A DNA stretch of 64,000 nucleotides. Origin: the human T2T-CHM13v2.0 reference genome, Homo sapiens. The notes beneath the pieces were generated by a model, which was not told the DNA's origin, searched no databases, and saw only the letters and a list, made by a program, of their open reading frames with translations. The translations under genes were made by a program, and so were the position numbers. The stretch lies in the NCBI RefSeq assembly GCF_009914755.1, contig NC_060929.1; one strand, 5' to 3'. Below, piece after piece: positions 43,413 through 57,211 of the stretch. Within the stretch, counting starts at the first letter, position 1; every line of letters begins with the position of its first letter.

Positions 43413-44156
43413 TTACTTCCTACTAATTAGTTTAAGTTCCATATGCTGTTCTTTTTCTTGTTTCTTAGGGTAGAAACTTCAGTTATAGATTTGAGAATGT
43501 GTTTTGGTTCTAATGTAAGCATTAAATGTATACATCTTCTTTGAAGCACTGCTTTAGATGCACTCTGTACATTTTGATATGTTATCTGTTCATTTTCATT
43601 CAATTCAGAATATTTTCTACCTTTCTTCCAGATTTTTCTTTGGCTCATGAACTATTTAGAAGTGTGTTGTTTAACTTTTCAAATATTTGGGGATATTTCA
43701 GATATTTTTCTGCTATATTCCTTTTCATTTTTTTATTATGATCAGAGAAAAAGACCTTGCATTATTTCAGTTAAAATGCTTTGAAGTTTGTTTTTCTGAC
43801 AGCATATGGCCTGTCTCATTGAAATTTCCATGTGTACTTGAAAAAAAATTCATTTTGCTATTGTTGAGGGGAGTTCCTAAGGTTAATTAGGTCAAATTGA
43901 TTGATAGTGTTGTTCAGGACTTCTATATTCTTGTTGATTTTCTTTCTACTTGATCTTTTGATTACTGAGAGATAAGTGTTAAAGTTTCCACCCGTAATTG
44001 TGGATTTGTCTTTTTCTTCTTTCTGTTAAAGTCCATTTGTGCTTCATGTATTTTGAATATCTATTATTAGGTACAAACATACTTAGGATTTTTGTGCCTC
44101 TTTGGTGAATTTTATGTCTTCTTTTATCACTTTGTAATGTCCCTCTTTATCTCTGG

Positions 44157-44895
44157 TGTGATATTGTGAAATACATATTTGGTCTTTCTCTTAGTTTTCT
44201 GGCATATAGCTCCTAAAATTCTTAACATCTCTGAAATGATAAGAATGATAAGAATTTTGTAAGCTAGTGAGATAACTGGTGGATAGTGGCTGGTCACCAG
44301 AAAGACCAAGGCAAGATTAGAGGGTTGAGACTTTCACCCCCACCTCCCAACCTCTAGGAAGTAGAAAGGATCTGAAGGTTGAGCTGATCACCAATGGCCA
44401 ATGATTTAATTAATTATGTCTATGTAATGGAGCCTCTATAAAACCCAAAAGGACTGTTTGGAGGGCTTCCATATAGCTAAACATGGGAGATTCTTGGAGG
44501 GTGGCTCCCCAGAGAGGGCATAAAACTTCATGCCCCTTCCCACATGCCATGCCTTATCCATTTTTTTTTTAATCTGGCTGTTTATCTACATTCTTTATTA
44601 TATCCTTTATTAATAAATCAGTAAGTGTAAGTAAAGCACTTCCCTGAATTTTGTGAGCTACTCTAGCATATTAATCATATCCAAGGAGGGGGCTGTGACA
44701 ATGTTGATTAATAGCCAATTGGTCAGAAGTATAGGTGACAACCTACTATTTGCATTTGACATCTGAAGTTGGGAGCAGCCTCGTAGGACTGAGAGGAAGA
44801 AACAACCTCCACACATCTGGTTTCAGAAGTGTTTAGTGTTGTGTTGAGTGGAGAGTAGAAAGCAGGAAAAGCACTTTGGTTTTTCCTATCTCTTA
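44157..44895 (+). mobile_element. MER21 solo LTR
   Basis: Starts tgtgatattgtgaaatacatatttggtc; perfect 5-bp TSD tctgg at 44152-44156 and 44896-44900. Confidence 0.88.
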
Positions 44896-45241
44896 TCTGG
44901 TCATTTTCCTCATCCTGAGTCTACTATGTCTAATATTTATGTAGCCCAGTCTTATGACTGGGTCTGACTTTATGACAGAGGAGCAAGAGAGAAGTAAGAA
45001 AGACTCTTCAAATCACAGGGGCTCCTTTTTCCAGTTCTCTGGTAATAGAGAACTATATCCCCTCAGATTATCTAAAAATCTGTACAGGAGTGTAGGCTCA
45101 TGCCTGAGGCTTGCCTGGGCCCAGCCAAGGAGAATAAAAAGAAAAATTAAACTAAATCATTATTCCCCTCACCATATCCATCCTACAGTGGTACCCTTTC
45201 CTGGTACCCTGGCCACTGAAAGAGGGGGAATTGGATTTCTC

Positions 45242-45383
45242 TTTTTTTCTTTTTTTTATTATACTTTAAGTTCTAGGGTACATGTGCACAACATGCAGGT
45301 TTGTTACATATGTATACATGTCCCATGTTGGTGTGCTGCATCCATTAACTCGTCATTTACATTAGGTATATCTCCTAATGCTA
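45242..45383 (-). mobile_element. L1PA (PA4/5-like) extreme 3' fragment
   Basis: ttattatactttaagttctagggtacatgtgcacaacatgcagg...tctcctaatgcta. Confidence 0.92.
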
Positions 45384-46047
45384 CTAATTACATCTGCTGC
45401 ATGGTCTTAGGATTCAGGCTTTTGTGGAGTTTAAGTCAGGAGATATGAGGTAAAATAAGTAGGAATGTCTCCACCCTGTTGGTTAGACCACCAGCTCTAT
45501 TATTTACTTTTAGTGTAATCAGATAGTTGCCTTATGCATGCTGTCTAACAGTTTTAGCCATAATCAGTGGGAGAGAAAGTATGGAGTGAATTTACTCCAT
45601 CTTAGTTGGAATAATCATTTCATAAACTAGGTTGTATTTTCATTTTTATCCCATACTATGGACAACTCAGAAGACTTTCCCACTACTGTATGTCGCTTTG
45701 GTCAAAAATATCTTCTTAACTGGTTCTGTTATTTTGCCTGAAGTCCCTATATTATGTACTACTTTAAACAAATATAACGGATAAAAATGCAACACCCAAA
45801 TATTTTCAGCCAATTGTGCCTTTTTAAATTAGCTTGATAGATAATTACTAGCATAGATCATAACCTAGTGATAACAAGAACAAAACAAGGGACAGAAATT
45901 CCTTGATGGAAATGAGAAAGAAATCCTGGAGTCTGGTTTGCTGAATACTACTGTTTGGTAAGACATGAACAAATACATTCCTGAGCAAATGAAGGGCAAA
46001 TAAGGACTTTCATTACTTGGAGGATATAAATCAATAGGTACTAGGTT

Positions 46048-46560
46048 GTATCAGTAAGTATCCATTTGGTTGTGATCACAGAAATCTAACAATATATTTG
46101 GTGTAAGCTAAAAAGGAACTATATTTACAAACCCAAGAATAATATGGCCTCAAAAATGGCTGGATCCAATTACTCAAATTATTCAGCCAGGAACCTGTCT
46201 TCCTCCTTTTCATGGCCTGTGTAGCTTTCTGTTCTTTTAGGTGGATTATTCTCATGATATGATAAAGTCACTAGTTAACTCCAGATTCCTAATCTCCCCT
46301 TAGAACAACTTTAGCAAATAGAATATCTTTCTGAAAATTGTAATTGAATTTCAAAGACTTGCCTTGATTGGTCTGGATTGGGCTATTTTCCCACTGGCCA
46401 GGCCTAGGTCTAGAAACAGGAAGTGGATTCTGCTGTTGCAAATAGCATGGACTACTAGTGAGAAAAGGGCAAACGCTCCAGGAAATTTGAGGTCCTGCAG
46501 GCATAGGAAGAGAGCATTGATTCTGGAAAGACAAAACAAGAGCTATCCACTATGTAGGCA
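46048..46560 (-). mobile_element. Old MaLR LTR (MLT1J/K-like)
   Basis: tgtatcagtaagtatccatttggttgtgatcacagaaa...ggctggatcca...gattggtctgg. Confidence 0.6.
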
Positions 46561-49084
46561 ATGTTGAAAGAAGGATAGAAAACTATGAAAAGAAATCCTT
46601 CCTACTTCGCAGCGTGGCTTAGAAGCCTATTTTATGTTAGAAGAAAAGCTCAAAGGCTGGTTTTCTAAAACTCTAACAGTAACAATTCTCTTGAATCCAG
46701 AGGAGGAAGTGAATATGCTGAGTTTTTGTAGTCATTGATTTTAGCACTGACATGTATAGTAAATGCCATTCTCCAGTAATATTGAATGGCATATACAAAA
46801 GACAGTCCGTGCCTCTTTTTTTAAACTAATTGCTACCTGCTATATTTTGTTACTTATAAAAACTGTAAGGAACATATTTTAAGTTAAATAGACTGCTTTT
46901 CAAGATGAAAAGTATATCAGATCCACTTTTTATGTCAAAATCTTTATAGCTAAGGAAAAAATCACTAGGAATTAGAAACAGAACATTGGTTAAAGACAAG
47001 AATTTGGAAGAAAAGGAGATTGGGCATTTCTAAAGTTATGGAAGCCTCTTTTTCCTCTTCTAAAACTCTCACCATAAACTGGTTTCCTCAGGATTCAGAG
47101 TCGAGGGTCACAGCCAGAATCCCTAAGTGACCACCTGAAATATGCCATCATAGAAGCACCTCGGGTAAACCACCACCATTTCATGCCAATAGACACATGG
47201 AGGTAAAGAACTTGGAGACAGAAATTGCTTCACAAAAGATCTAGTCCCTACACATCAGAGAAGTTTGTAGGATGGTGTGAGAAGGTCTTGGCAAGAAGTC
47301 ATATAAGATTGTTGCTGCAGCTGCTGCATCACAAAACAATTTCCTGAGAACCAAGAAAGAGACCAGAGACTGAAGTAAGTTTCCTGCTGCAAATGCCAGG
47401 GTGGCTGTTTAGCACTTGAGAAAATCTGGGAACCTAAAATTAGTTTTCAACATCTTTGCCATAAGAAGAAAAAGAAAAATAACAATGACACAAATGCTTG
47501 AACATTTTATTCAAAGTATGCCATATAGAGTAGTTGGCATAGCTATCTTTAACTGTCTGAAAGCATCTCAGAATGAAACTTACTTACCAGCCTCTTAATG
47601 TTCTCTCTTTTCATTTCTTCTCCAGCCCTTCCCATTTTCTCTGCCAGTTCCTTCTGTCATACAGCCCCTCTTTATCCATCCATCGCTTATGTAGCATCAA
47701 AGGGCCTTAGTGTGATTTGTATGCTCCAGATATCAATATGGGAACACATTGACCTTGCGTTTTTTGTTTTTCTATGCATAGCACAAATATACTGTGGGTC
47801 TTTCACTGGGGTCTATGTAAAACACTTTGATGATGGACATGTGCCATTTCACCCTACAAATATGGAACTAATGAGTCATGAAAGAAGCATTTCTATTTTA
47901 ATTAAAAATTACATTCTACATTGCTGTCTGTTTTGCAAACGTAGAGCTATAATCTCGAATGATGGTATTTTGTGATTGGCATTCTGGTAAGCTGACACTA
48001 CAACACACTTGCAGGAAAAGATCTTTGTCAGTTTTCACCCATTTTTCCAAAACTCAAAATACCAGACAGAACAATTCTAAGATGCACAGAATTTTTCGTT
48101 TCAACCACAGGCCTGAGTCTTTGAAAAATGTGTGATTTTAATGGCTGCCATCCTAATCTTTTTTTTTTTTTTTTTTTCAGATAAAAGATTTAAGTCAGGA
48201 TATCATCATGATATTTTTGGCAGGAAAGTTTTTTATTTTGTTTTCAATCATCACCAATTGCCCAGCAGAATTTATTTGATCTGAAACCGGGAGGTTTCGG
48301 GATTTATTTGTTTTTTTCGCTTTGTTTTTAGATAGCTCTCTTTATTTCTTTATGTCCCCTGCTACTTTATTTGAGATAATAGCAAATCTCATAGACATTA
48401 CAAGTGTGTGAGTGAAGATATCTTGTCACCTTCTAAAAAATATCTTCACTTTATATTTTTTTTCTCCAACTTAGTGAGTTATAGGTGTGGGTGAACCTAT
48501 AGATTCTCTGACAGAGGCATCACTGTAATTTCTACTGTCATTTTTGAGAATTATCAGGCTGTACTTCATCTATAAAAGTGTATGTCCTTTCTCAAAAGCC
48601 TCTAAGATTTGTGATGGAAGAAAAGTCACTTAACAAATAATATATACTTCTACAGCTTATACTGCAAGCCTTAAATTGAGCTGCACTACTTAACAATTCA
48701 ATTCAACAAATAGTCATGAACATTCACCATGACCCACCTGCTGTGAGGGATGTTACTACTGTGAAGTTGAATTAAACATTGTTTAGGCATGGGGGCTGGT
48801 GCTGGAGAAACAGACGTTATCACTTATTGACATTCTGCATTGTACTTTTGAGTATGTCATTTATTTTTACTCTAAAATACTTTTTACAAGGAGGAATTAT
48901 GCCCATGTCTCCATGATTAATTTTAAGAATATTGCAAAGTCCTTTCATATATATCGAGTTACCTAGAATTGCATTAATGATATCATGGTAAGTTACTTAG
49001 CATGGTTGGTGAGGAAAAAAATCTATCTTCTATGATAATTGTAGTAATGCCAGTGGTAGTAGCAATAGTAAGAACAATCGTAAT

Positions 49085-49775
49085 AATAGGCCTGACACTT
49101 ATTGAGCACTTACTATGTACCAGGTATGATTCTAAATACATTTTATGATTTACCTCACACAATCCTTATGTATTAGTTTGGGTTTTCCCAGAAGCAAATA
49201 TTATCCAAGACAGAATTAAACATGTAAGCATTTTGTTAGGGGAAATGCCTGTGAGAGAAAATGGGGAGGAGCTGGGAGTGGCTGGAAGGTCCGTCTGGCC
49301 ATGACACAAGTTTCACCTCAAGTGAAAGAGAGAGGGAAGGAGGTTAGATGGAAACATCCTAGATTGCCATCGGTCTGTGGAAGATTAGGCAAGATCATCA
49401 GAAAGTCTCTGAGTCAAAATTGGCCATTAAAGAAGGCTCGTGTCTTCCACAAACAGGCCTGCCTTAATGATCTTCCTGTGTTTTGTCATCAGTGGGGAGA
49501 AGCTGGTGTGAGGCGGGACACCAGTTCAAATGCTGCTGTGGATTTCAGAGCACAGCTGCCAGGCCCCTTGGCCAATTGATCGTTATGCTCCTTGTGGTTG
49601 GAAGACTGTTCATGCATTCTTACAGCCACCACACCTTACAGCAACTCCATTCTATAGACAGGCAAACTAACAACAGAAAAAATATCAGTAAGTAATCCAT
49701 CCAAGATTAATGGCTGATAAGTGAGAGTCAAGATTCCAATCCATGCAGTTGGTTGTCAGGTTCTATGCTTTAATC
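49085..49775 (-). mobile_element. MIR, split by an ERVL LTR
   Basis: acacttattgagcacttactatgtaccagg, resuming at ccattctatagacaggcaaactaa. Confidence 0.7.
49169..49633 (-). mobile_element. ERVL solo LTR (LTR40-like)
   Basis: tgtattagtttgggttttcccagaagca...cagccaccaca; perfect 5-bp TSD cctta at 49164-49168 and 49634-49638. Confidence 0.75.
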
Positions 49776-49831
49776 TCAAGGTCAACTCCCAAGGTAATAC
49801 CTGATACAAGGTTATAGTCTTTAATAATAAT

Positions 49832-50127
49832 ATTATTATTATTCTTTTTGAGACTGAGTTTCACTCTTTTCGCCCAGGCTGGAGTACAGTGGCGTAATAT
49901 CAGCTGACAGCAACCTCCGTCTCCCGGGTTCAAGTGATTCTCCTGCCTCAGCCTCCCGAGTAGCTGGGTTAGAGGCTCGCACGACCTCATCTGGCTAATT
50001 TTTTTATTTTTAGTAGAGTCGAGGTTTCACCATGTTGGCCAAGCTTGTCTCGAACTCCTGACCTCGTGATCCCCCTGCCTCGGCCTCTCAAAGTGTTGGG
50101 ATTACAGGCATGAGACAATGCCTGGCC
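49832..50127 (-). mobile_element. AluS (Sg-like)
   Basis: Reverse dimer with (ATT)n tail; ctttaata on both flanks. Confidence 0.93.
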
Positions 50128-50199
50128 CTTTAATATTATTAAAACAAAAACCTTTACAGTGATTTACAAACTGTAAAGTACCATATGAGGATCTAGAGC

Positions 50200-50384
50200 A
50201 TTGATTTTTAAACTTTAGTGTGCATAGAATCACTCAGGTATTTATTGAAGGTGCAGAATAGCCCCTCACTCTACAGATTCTGGCTTCACAGGTCTGGAGT
50301 AGGGCTTCAAAATTTACAGTTTCAAAAGCCATCCCTGGTGATCCTTTTCAAATGATCCTTGGATCAGACCTTTACAAATGCTGC
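50200..50384. mobile_element. MER5 (hAT-Charlie MITE)
   Basis: aaactttagtgtgcatagaatcac...agattctg...aggtctggagtagggc; ctaga on both flanks. Confidence 0.75.
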
Positions 50385-50419
50385 CCTAGAGAAAGAATCT
50401 GGGCTTGGGGACAGAAAAG

Positions 50420-50620
50420 AGTGGCTTAAATTCTGATCGTGCCAATTTCTAGTTGTAAGACCTTGAACAAATTGCTTAAATTTGTGAAACTCAAATTTGC
50501 AAAACTGTGAATAGGGATGATGCTAACAGCAATAATTAACTCCACAGGGCTCATCAACGTGTTGTGGGTTCTCCCTGTTAGATGAGATGTGGGAGCATTG
50601 CTTGGCACCCTGGGGAGCAT
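50420..50620 (+). mobile_element. MIR
   Basis: tagttgtaagaccttgaacaaattgcttaaa...ctgtgaatagggatgatg. Confidence 0.6.
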
Positions 50621-50883
50621 TGGACAAATGTAGGTTAGGATGGCTCCTGCTTGCAGGAGTGCTATCACCAATGGCATCACCAGATTGCTCCAACAGATGG
50701 TTGGTGGACCCTGGCTATTTGTGGGTATATCACATACTTCAGATTTAGGCATGTTTAGTACTTGTCCTTGAATCTAGGTGAGAAAAAAGAGGAATGACAT
50801 TTAGGTAGCCAATAAATCAGAGGATACATTCCTCTTTTATTTCTGCAGTAAGTTACATTAGGTCTCTAGAAAGCATCCTGGTT

Positions 50884-51249
50884 GGCTGGGCATGGTGGCT
50901 CATGCCTGTAATCCTAGCACTTAGGAAGGCTGAGGCAAGCGGATCACTTGAGGTCAGGAGTTCGAGACTGGCCTGGCCAAGATGGTTAAACCCCGTCTTT
51001 ACTAAAAATACAGAAAGTTAGCTGTGGTGCATGCCTGTAATCCCAGCTACTCCGGAGGCTGCCTGTAATCCCATCATGGCACATGCCTGTAATCCCAGAC
51101 ACTTGGGAGGCTGAGGCAGAAGAATCACTTGAACCCGGGAGGCGGAGGTTGCAGTGAGCCAGTCGCGCCATTGCATTCTAGCCTGGGCAACAATAGTGAA
51201 ACTCTGTCTCAAAACAAAAACAAACAAACAAACAAAAAAACAAGCAAGC
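50884..51249 (+). mobile_element. Alu (AluSz-like) with internal rearrangement
   Basis: 13-bp TSD aagcatcctggtt at 50871-50883 and 51250-51262; three gcctgtaatccca copies in the right arm. Confidence 0.94.
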
Positions 51250-52109
51250 AAGCATCCTGGTTATGTGGAAAGCTCAGGAATGGGATCCTTAAAAAGGCAT
51301 TTCATTGGTGTTTTCTTCATGGCATAACTACTTGTACCTTTAAAAAATTAAGGATGATAGTAAATTAGAATGTGTTGGAAGATGAAGAAAAATTATCATT
51401 TATGATTTGTTTCTTTCTCAAGCTTCCTATGGGAACCAGAATGTGCCCAGAATCTGAAGCCTACTGCATTTCACCCTGGGATATTTAATGTTCTGACACC
51501 CCATGAGAGCAAATTGCAGGGATCAGCTCAAATACCTGCCTTCTAATGATTTAAGAGGACTGAGGTTTAAAACAGTGATGTGTCTGTCATTAATAAGTTT
51601 TACCTGTCTGTAAAGATTGCTTATCACTCATCTTGCATTACCTTTCTTTTGTCTGCCTGGGAAACACCATCTGGTAGGAGAGGGCTGCCTGTTGAGAGGG
51701 TACTGCCACACACATTCCTTCTACTGATTCCATGCTCGTACTTTCCTCCGCCACCTTATGTTCTTGAGCCAAGAATCTTAGCAAAGTATAAAGCCACCTA
51801 GCCTTCCTGAGCTTCTGTCTTTTTATCTGTAATTTGAAGGTAATAACACATGCTCTATTTCTTTCCTTTTTCTTTTACACAACCAAACGAAAGCTGAATA
51901 ACCTATCTATTTCAATGAAAATCAGATAAGATAGAGGCAACTCCTTCCTTAAGAACCCAATTGGCTACTAGATTATGATTACACATTAAGGTATCTTTAA
52001 TACTAATCTCAGTTTCCAATAAGCAAAATATTATAAATTAAACTCTTATTTCTGGAAATGCATCTTATACCATAAAATTAAGAGAGCTATCAAAAAGAAA
52101 TACAATTTA

Positions 52110-52524
<415 letters not shown>

Positions 52525-53891
52525 CAGTCAATAAAAAACTCTATCGTATTTCTTTGGGGAAAATTCTCCGAATGGACTGAAGTGGCTGAGATATACTAAG
52601 ATATATTCATTAAAATTATTCTTTTTGTATTGGAATCTTCCTTTGCAATGATAGGTATTCTTCAATTTATTAATCTTAAGCATGTTTATGATTGAGTTGT
52701 TGTGCTTTAATTCTTCCCAATTACAAGAAAAGTAAAAGTCCCTGGAAAGGCAGTTTCCATAATGACTTAATTTTTAAAGATCCCTTGCTCTTCTATATCA
52801 ATAAGATCTTTCCTTCGGAGCATCCATCAATGATGTCCCTTATTGACAGATATCAAAATTTCTCTTTTGGCAATGTAACATAGCCAAGACATTTGCTTCC
52901 CCAAAGGTCCCATTTTTATTTTCTCTTAATGCCTGTCAAGAAGGGTAGTTTTTACCTTTCATAATTTCAGCTGATGTTCCTGGAAATCACATTTGGATCA
53001 TTCCATGCAGCATCCCTTGAACTCTGACTTCATGAGAAGCAATTATCTTTCTATATGTAGTTATACAGAGCTACAAATGTAGTTATACAGAATTATAAGG
53101 ATTTTAAAGATAATTTATTAACTTATTTATAACCTTCTTGGTTCAAAAGTATTTTAATATGGATTACAAAGATGTAACAGTGCAAGACGTTAAAATAATC
53201 CAGAAAAAGAGAAAGAGAATGGTGACCATATGAATTTGGGTGGTGAACGAAGACTTTGTATAAAAGTGTTGGGTCTAAAGCCAAAAAGCATCAATATATG
53301 AGTTAACACACGGGAAGGGGAATGGTGCCCTGAGCTGATGGAGCAGAAAGAGCAAAGACATGGGTTCAAGCATGCCCTGCCTAAAACCCTGCCTCATGGG
53401 TTAGCATTCTTATGTCCACAGTATCTGGTTGACACCAAGACATCACATTCACCTCCTGCTGCTTTCTTAAAGCACTCTAAATTCTTACCATGCCATTATC
53501 AGTTACCTCCATACTGGTATACACTTTGACTTTTTGTTCAGCTTATTTGTTCCCTGTGATTTCTTCCTCAACTCTCTCAGATCAATTTTATAGTTCTGTT
53601 CTCTGTTTCTCTTTAGAACTCAGCATATACTACTAATATGGCACACAACATATTATTCATATTGTTTTATGACTTATTGAAAGATCTTGTACCCTCATTA
53701 GGCTATGCACCCTTTAAAGACAGGCTGTATATCTTTAATATTGTCCTTTATATATGGTAAGTAGTTGTTCACTGAACATTTTTATTGAGTTGCATTGAGG
53801 ACCTGTTTGAAAATAAAGGAAACTATTTTAAGGAGGAAAGTTTTGTCTACTTGAATGGCTTCCAATGAGGTACGCCTAAAAATCATTAAAC

Positions 53892-54362
53892 CAGGGACTA
53901 GTAACATGAGATAAAATTCAGCGCATCTGGGAACTTGAATGAGAAAAAATTGCATCTTTCTTGTTATTAACTACTATCTTAAATTACACATTTATTTTAA
54001 TTATGAATGACAGCTACCACATACCGTGTAATATTAGCAGTATCTTTGTTTTTGGCATCAACATAAATGACAAATATTTGCGCATCATGTCAGTTATTTC
54101 AGATTCTCAAAATATTGTTTAAAATTACCTTTTCAAAATTAGGGTAATCATTAGACTGTTGCTAAATCTTAATTAGACTGCATTAATGAAGGAACTCATA
54201 TTTCTATACAGATTTTTAAACTATTTTAACTATTTTTCAATATAATTGGTTTCTTTTGTATTTTATTTTATGCATTTAAAAATCTTATTATGAGAAAAAG
54301 TTGGAGGGCTCTTCACCAGATTGCTGAAGGGATATTTGGCACAAAAATACTTAAGAGCACTT
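53892..54362 (+). mobile_element. hAT-Charlie element (MER113-like)
   Basis: gaacttgaatgagaaaaaattgcatcttt...tttcaatataattggtttc...ggcacaaaaatacttaagagcac. Confidence 0.8.
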
Positions 54363-56073
54363 TTGTTTTAAGCCCAGGAGGGGCAGGGCCTGTGAGAGCA
54401 TTGGCAGTGTTCCTGCAAACCCAGTTCAGGGGAGTGGTATTTTGGGACATGGTGAGAATGTCCTTGCTGTGAAAATGAATGGAGGACTGAGTAACCCAGG
54501 ATACTATTGAGCAGAGCATGGTTTGGTGAAGTCATTTTTGTAGTGAAACAGGTCTGGCTGTTCTGTATAGGGTGGGGTGAAGGTAGAGCAATGTAGGAAT
54601 TTATTGTAGCCCATGTAAGAGATGAGGAGGCCAGGTCAAAGGTGGTGGCCATTAGGATTTAAGATGAAATTTTTTTTTCAGTGCACATAGGTGAAATGAA
54701 AGAAATTGTTAGAGGTGAGCCCTAGACGTGCTGCTTTGTGTGGGAAAGAGAAACTGTTCAATATGGATTACACCACGTTTGAACTAACATCAAAATTCTG
54801 TAACTTTAGGTGCATATTTGGAGATTCAGCATGAAGCTAGGAATTTGAAAGCCATCACTACAGAGAGATGAGGCAAAAATCAAAAGAACAAAGTGGTTTA
54901 TCAATGGAAAGAGCTGAATGGGAGAAGAAGCTGAGAGTTAGGGAGAAAAAACTCAGGATCAATAGAGAATTCTCAACTTCCCACCCCTCAAGAGCAACCA
55001 GTGATCTTTGCCTGGTATTTACCCTCTGAGAAGCCAGAATCCACAGAGAGAGCGCTAGGATTCCGGGTTGCACATGTTTTAGAAGAGAGTTGGGCTGCCC
55101 AGGAAGGGCCAAAGTTCAGCAGTGACCAAGGACGCATGTTGACCTCAAGCTGTGAAGCACAAGGCGTAAATTTCTTTGCCTTTTTGTACAGAGACTTGGT
55201 GACACTGAAGGACAAGTCTGGTGCAAATTGTTACTTAATTCATGAGAAACTTGGTAATTTATCTTTACTGAACTTTGCTTCCCTCAGTTCTCACAGCATC
55301 CAAATTCTACTCTTCTTTCCTCTAAGGCTACTCTCTGACTGATAGCTTTTTCTCTTCCCTTGCACTCTCCTCTCGGAAGTTTTCCTTTCTCTATTTGATG
55401 GTTTGTGGCTCTTTCCAGCTTGTCTACTTTTACAGTCTATCCTAATTCTTTGAAATTTTTAAAAACTTGTGTTATGATATGGAAATCCTCAAACCTCTGA
55501 AATTAGCTGCTTCCCTAATTTGTTCCTATTGTGAATGTTTAAGGAACCTTCCAGATGTCTACTATTTAACACTTCCCCAATCATTTAATGGTCCATGTTC
55601 ATTGTCTCTATAGTTCTTTTTTAAAATTATGGCTTTTCTAGAAATTTAAATTATTGTTTATAAAGGGTTTGTTCTTATAAAAATGCACTTTTTATTCTTA
55701 TGGCATTACTCTCTCTGACCATATCCATTGCTGAAATTCTATTTTAAAATATCTTATAATTTTCACTGAAACTTAATCCATCTATAGAGACCTTCAAAAG
55801 CATTCATATTAAGCAGGGAAGATGGTAACCTACTTAGTAGACTGCATCTGGAATTCCAATTCCCCTAGGTCCATGACAATTTCAATGATGAACTAACCAC
55901 AAAAGCATAGTTTAATAAGACAAAATATCCATTTCATTTTATTAGTCAGTTTTTGATGTAATTAAATGAGAAGCCAGTTACATTTTGCATATAATGTTGA
56001 ATGCTTTTTAGAAAATTATCTAGTATTTTAACTAGAATATAAACCATGCATCCCCTTAAATTAAAACCGCAGG

Positions 56074-56385
56074 GGCTGGGTGCGGTGGCTCACGCCTGTA
56101 ATCCCAGCACTTTGGGAGGCCAAGGCAGGTGGATCACAAGGTCAGGAGATAGAGACCATTCCGGGACAGCATGGTGAAACCCCATGTCTACTAAAAATAC
56201 AAAAACTAGCCAGGTGTGGTGGCACACACCTGTAATCCCAGCTACTCAGGAGGCTGAGGCAGGAGAATCACTTGAATCTGGGAGGCAGAGGTTGCAGTGA
56301 GCCGAGGTTGCCCCACTACACTCCAGCCTGAATGACAGAGTGAGACTCTGTCAAACAAACAAACAAACAAAAAACACAGCAACAA
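56074..56385 (+). mobile_element. Alu (AluSc-like)
   Basis: gatcacaaggtcaggagatagagaccat; (AAAC)n tail; TSD aaaaccgcag/aaaaccacag. Confidence 0.93.
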
Positions 56386-56850
56386 AAAACCACAGCGTTT
56401 TTTGAATAAATGCCAATAAATCATATCTTATTTTGCTTTTGCTGACACTAAAATGAAAATAATGGTAGAATAATTCAAAACACATTTTAATGAATTTTTA
56501 AACAGCTATTGACTTACTTTCAGTTGATACTAATCAAAGATATGGTGGTAACTCTATAATTCAGTACAGTTTGCTTTTTAACTAGATGTCTAAGGTGTAT
56601 CTTTTGTAAGATGCATAGAGATGTTTAATGGTGCTCATGTTCCCAGATACTCTCTGGGTGTATGTAAGCATTTTGTATATAAACTTATTTTTTTTTTCCT
56701 TGTGGGAGAGATTTTTTCTGTACTTGTTATATTAGCATGTTATTTGACTCATAGTTTGTGTATCCATCAGCAATTTATAGAATTGTGTTAAATATGCTTG
56801 TTCCTCATTCCTTCCATGTAGTGTCTTCATCACAATGTTCTTTTTGGATT

Positions 56851-57211
56851 GAAAGTGAATTTGGGTGGCAAAATAGCTCAGTTAGAGCATGGGACAGAAT
56901 TGAGTGGGCAGAACTGGGTTCTAATCATTGTTTCAATATTTACAATGTGCATATGCCATCTTAACCCCTCCAGACCTTTATCAGTAACGGTTGTCCCTTC
57001 ATTAAACTACCAGTTGTTGAGCATTTACTGTATGGAAGTGAATTTAGGTGACAAAGTAGCTCAGTTAGAGCATGAGCATTTGAGTGGACAGAACTGAGTT
57101 CCTGTCACTGCTTCAATATTTATAATGTGCATCTGCCAACTTAGCTTATCTAGACCTTTATCCGTACTGTTCATCCCCTCATTCATCCACCAATTGTTGA
57201 GCATTTTCTAT
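56851..57211. repeat. Diverged tandem duplication, period about 183 bp
   Basis: Shared blocks aagtgaattt, tagctcagttagagcatg, ttcaatattta, agacctttatc and ttgttgagcattt in both copies. Confidence 0.9.

Noticed and set aside
44954-45448. Longest ORF (164 aa)
   Set aside because: Runs through the antisense L1PA 3' UTR stub and old repeat sequence; chance frame
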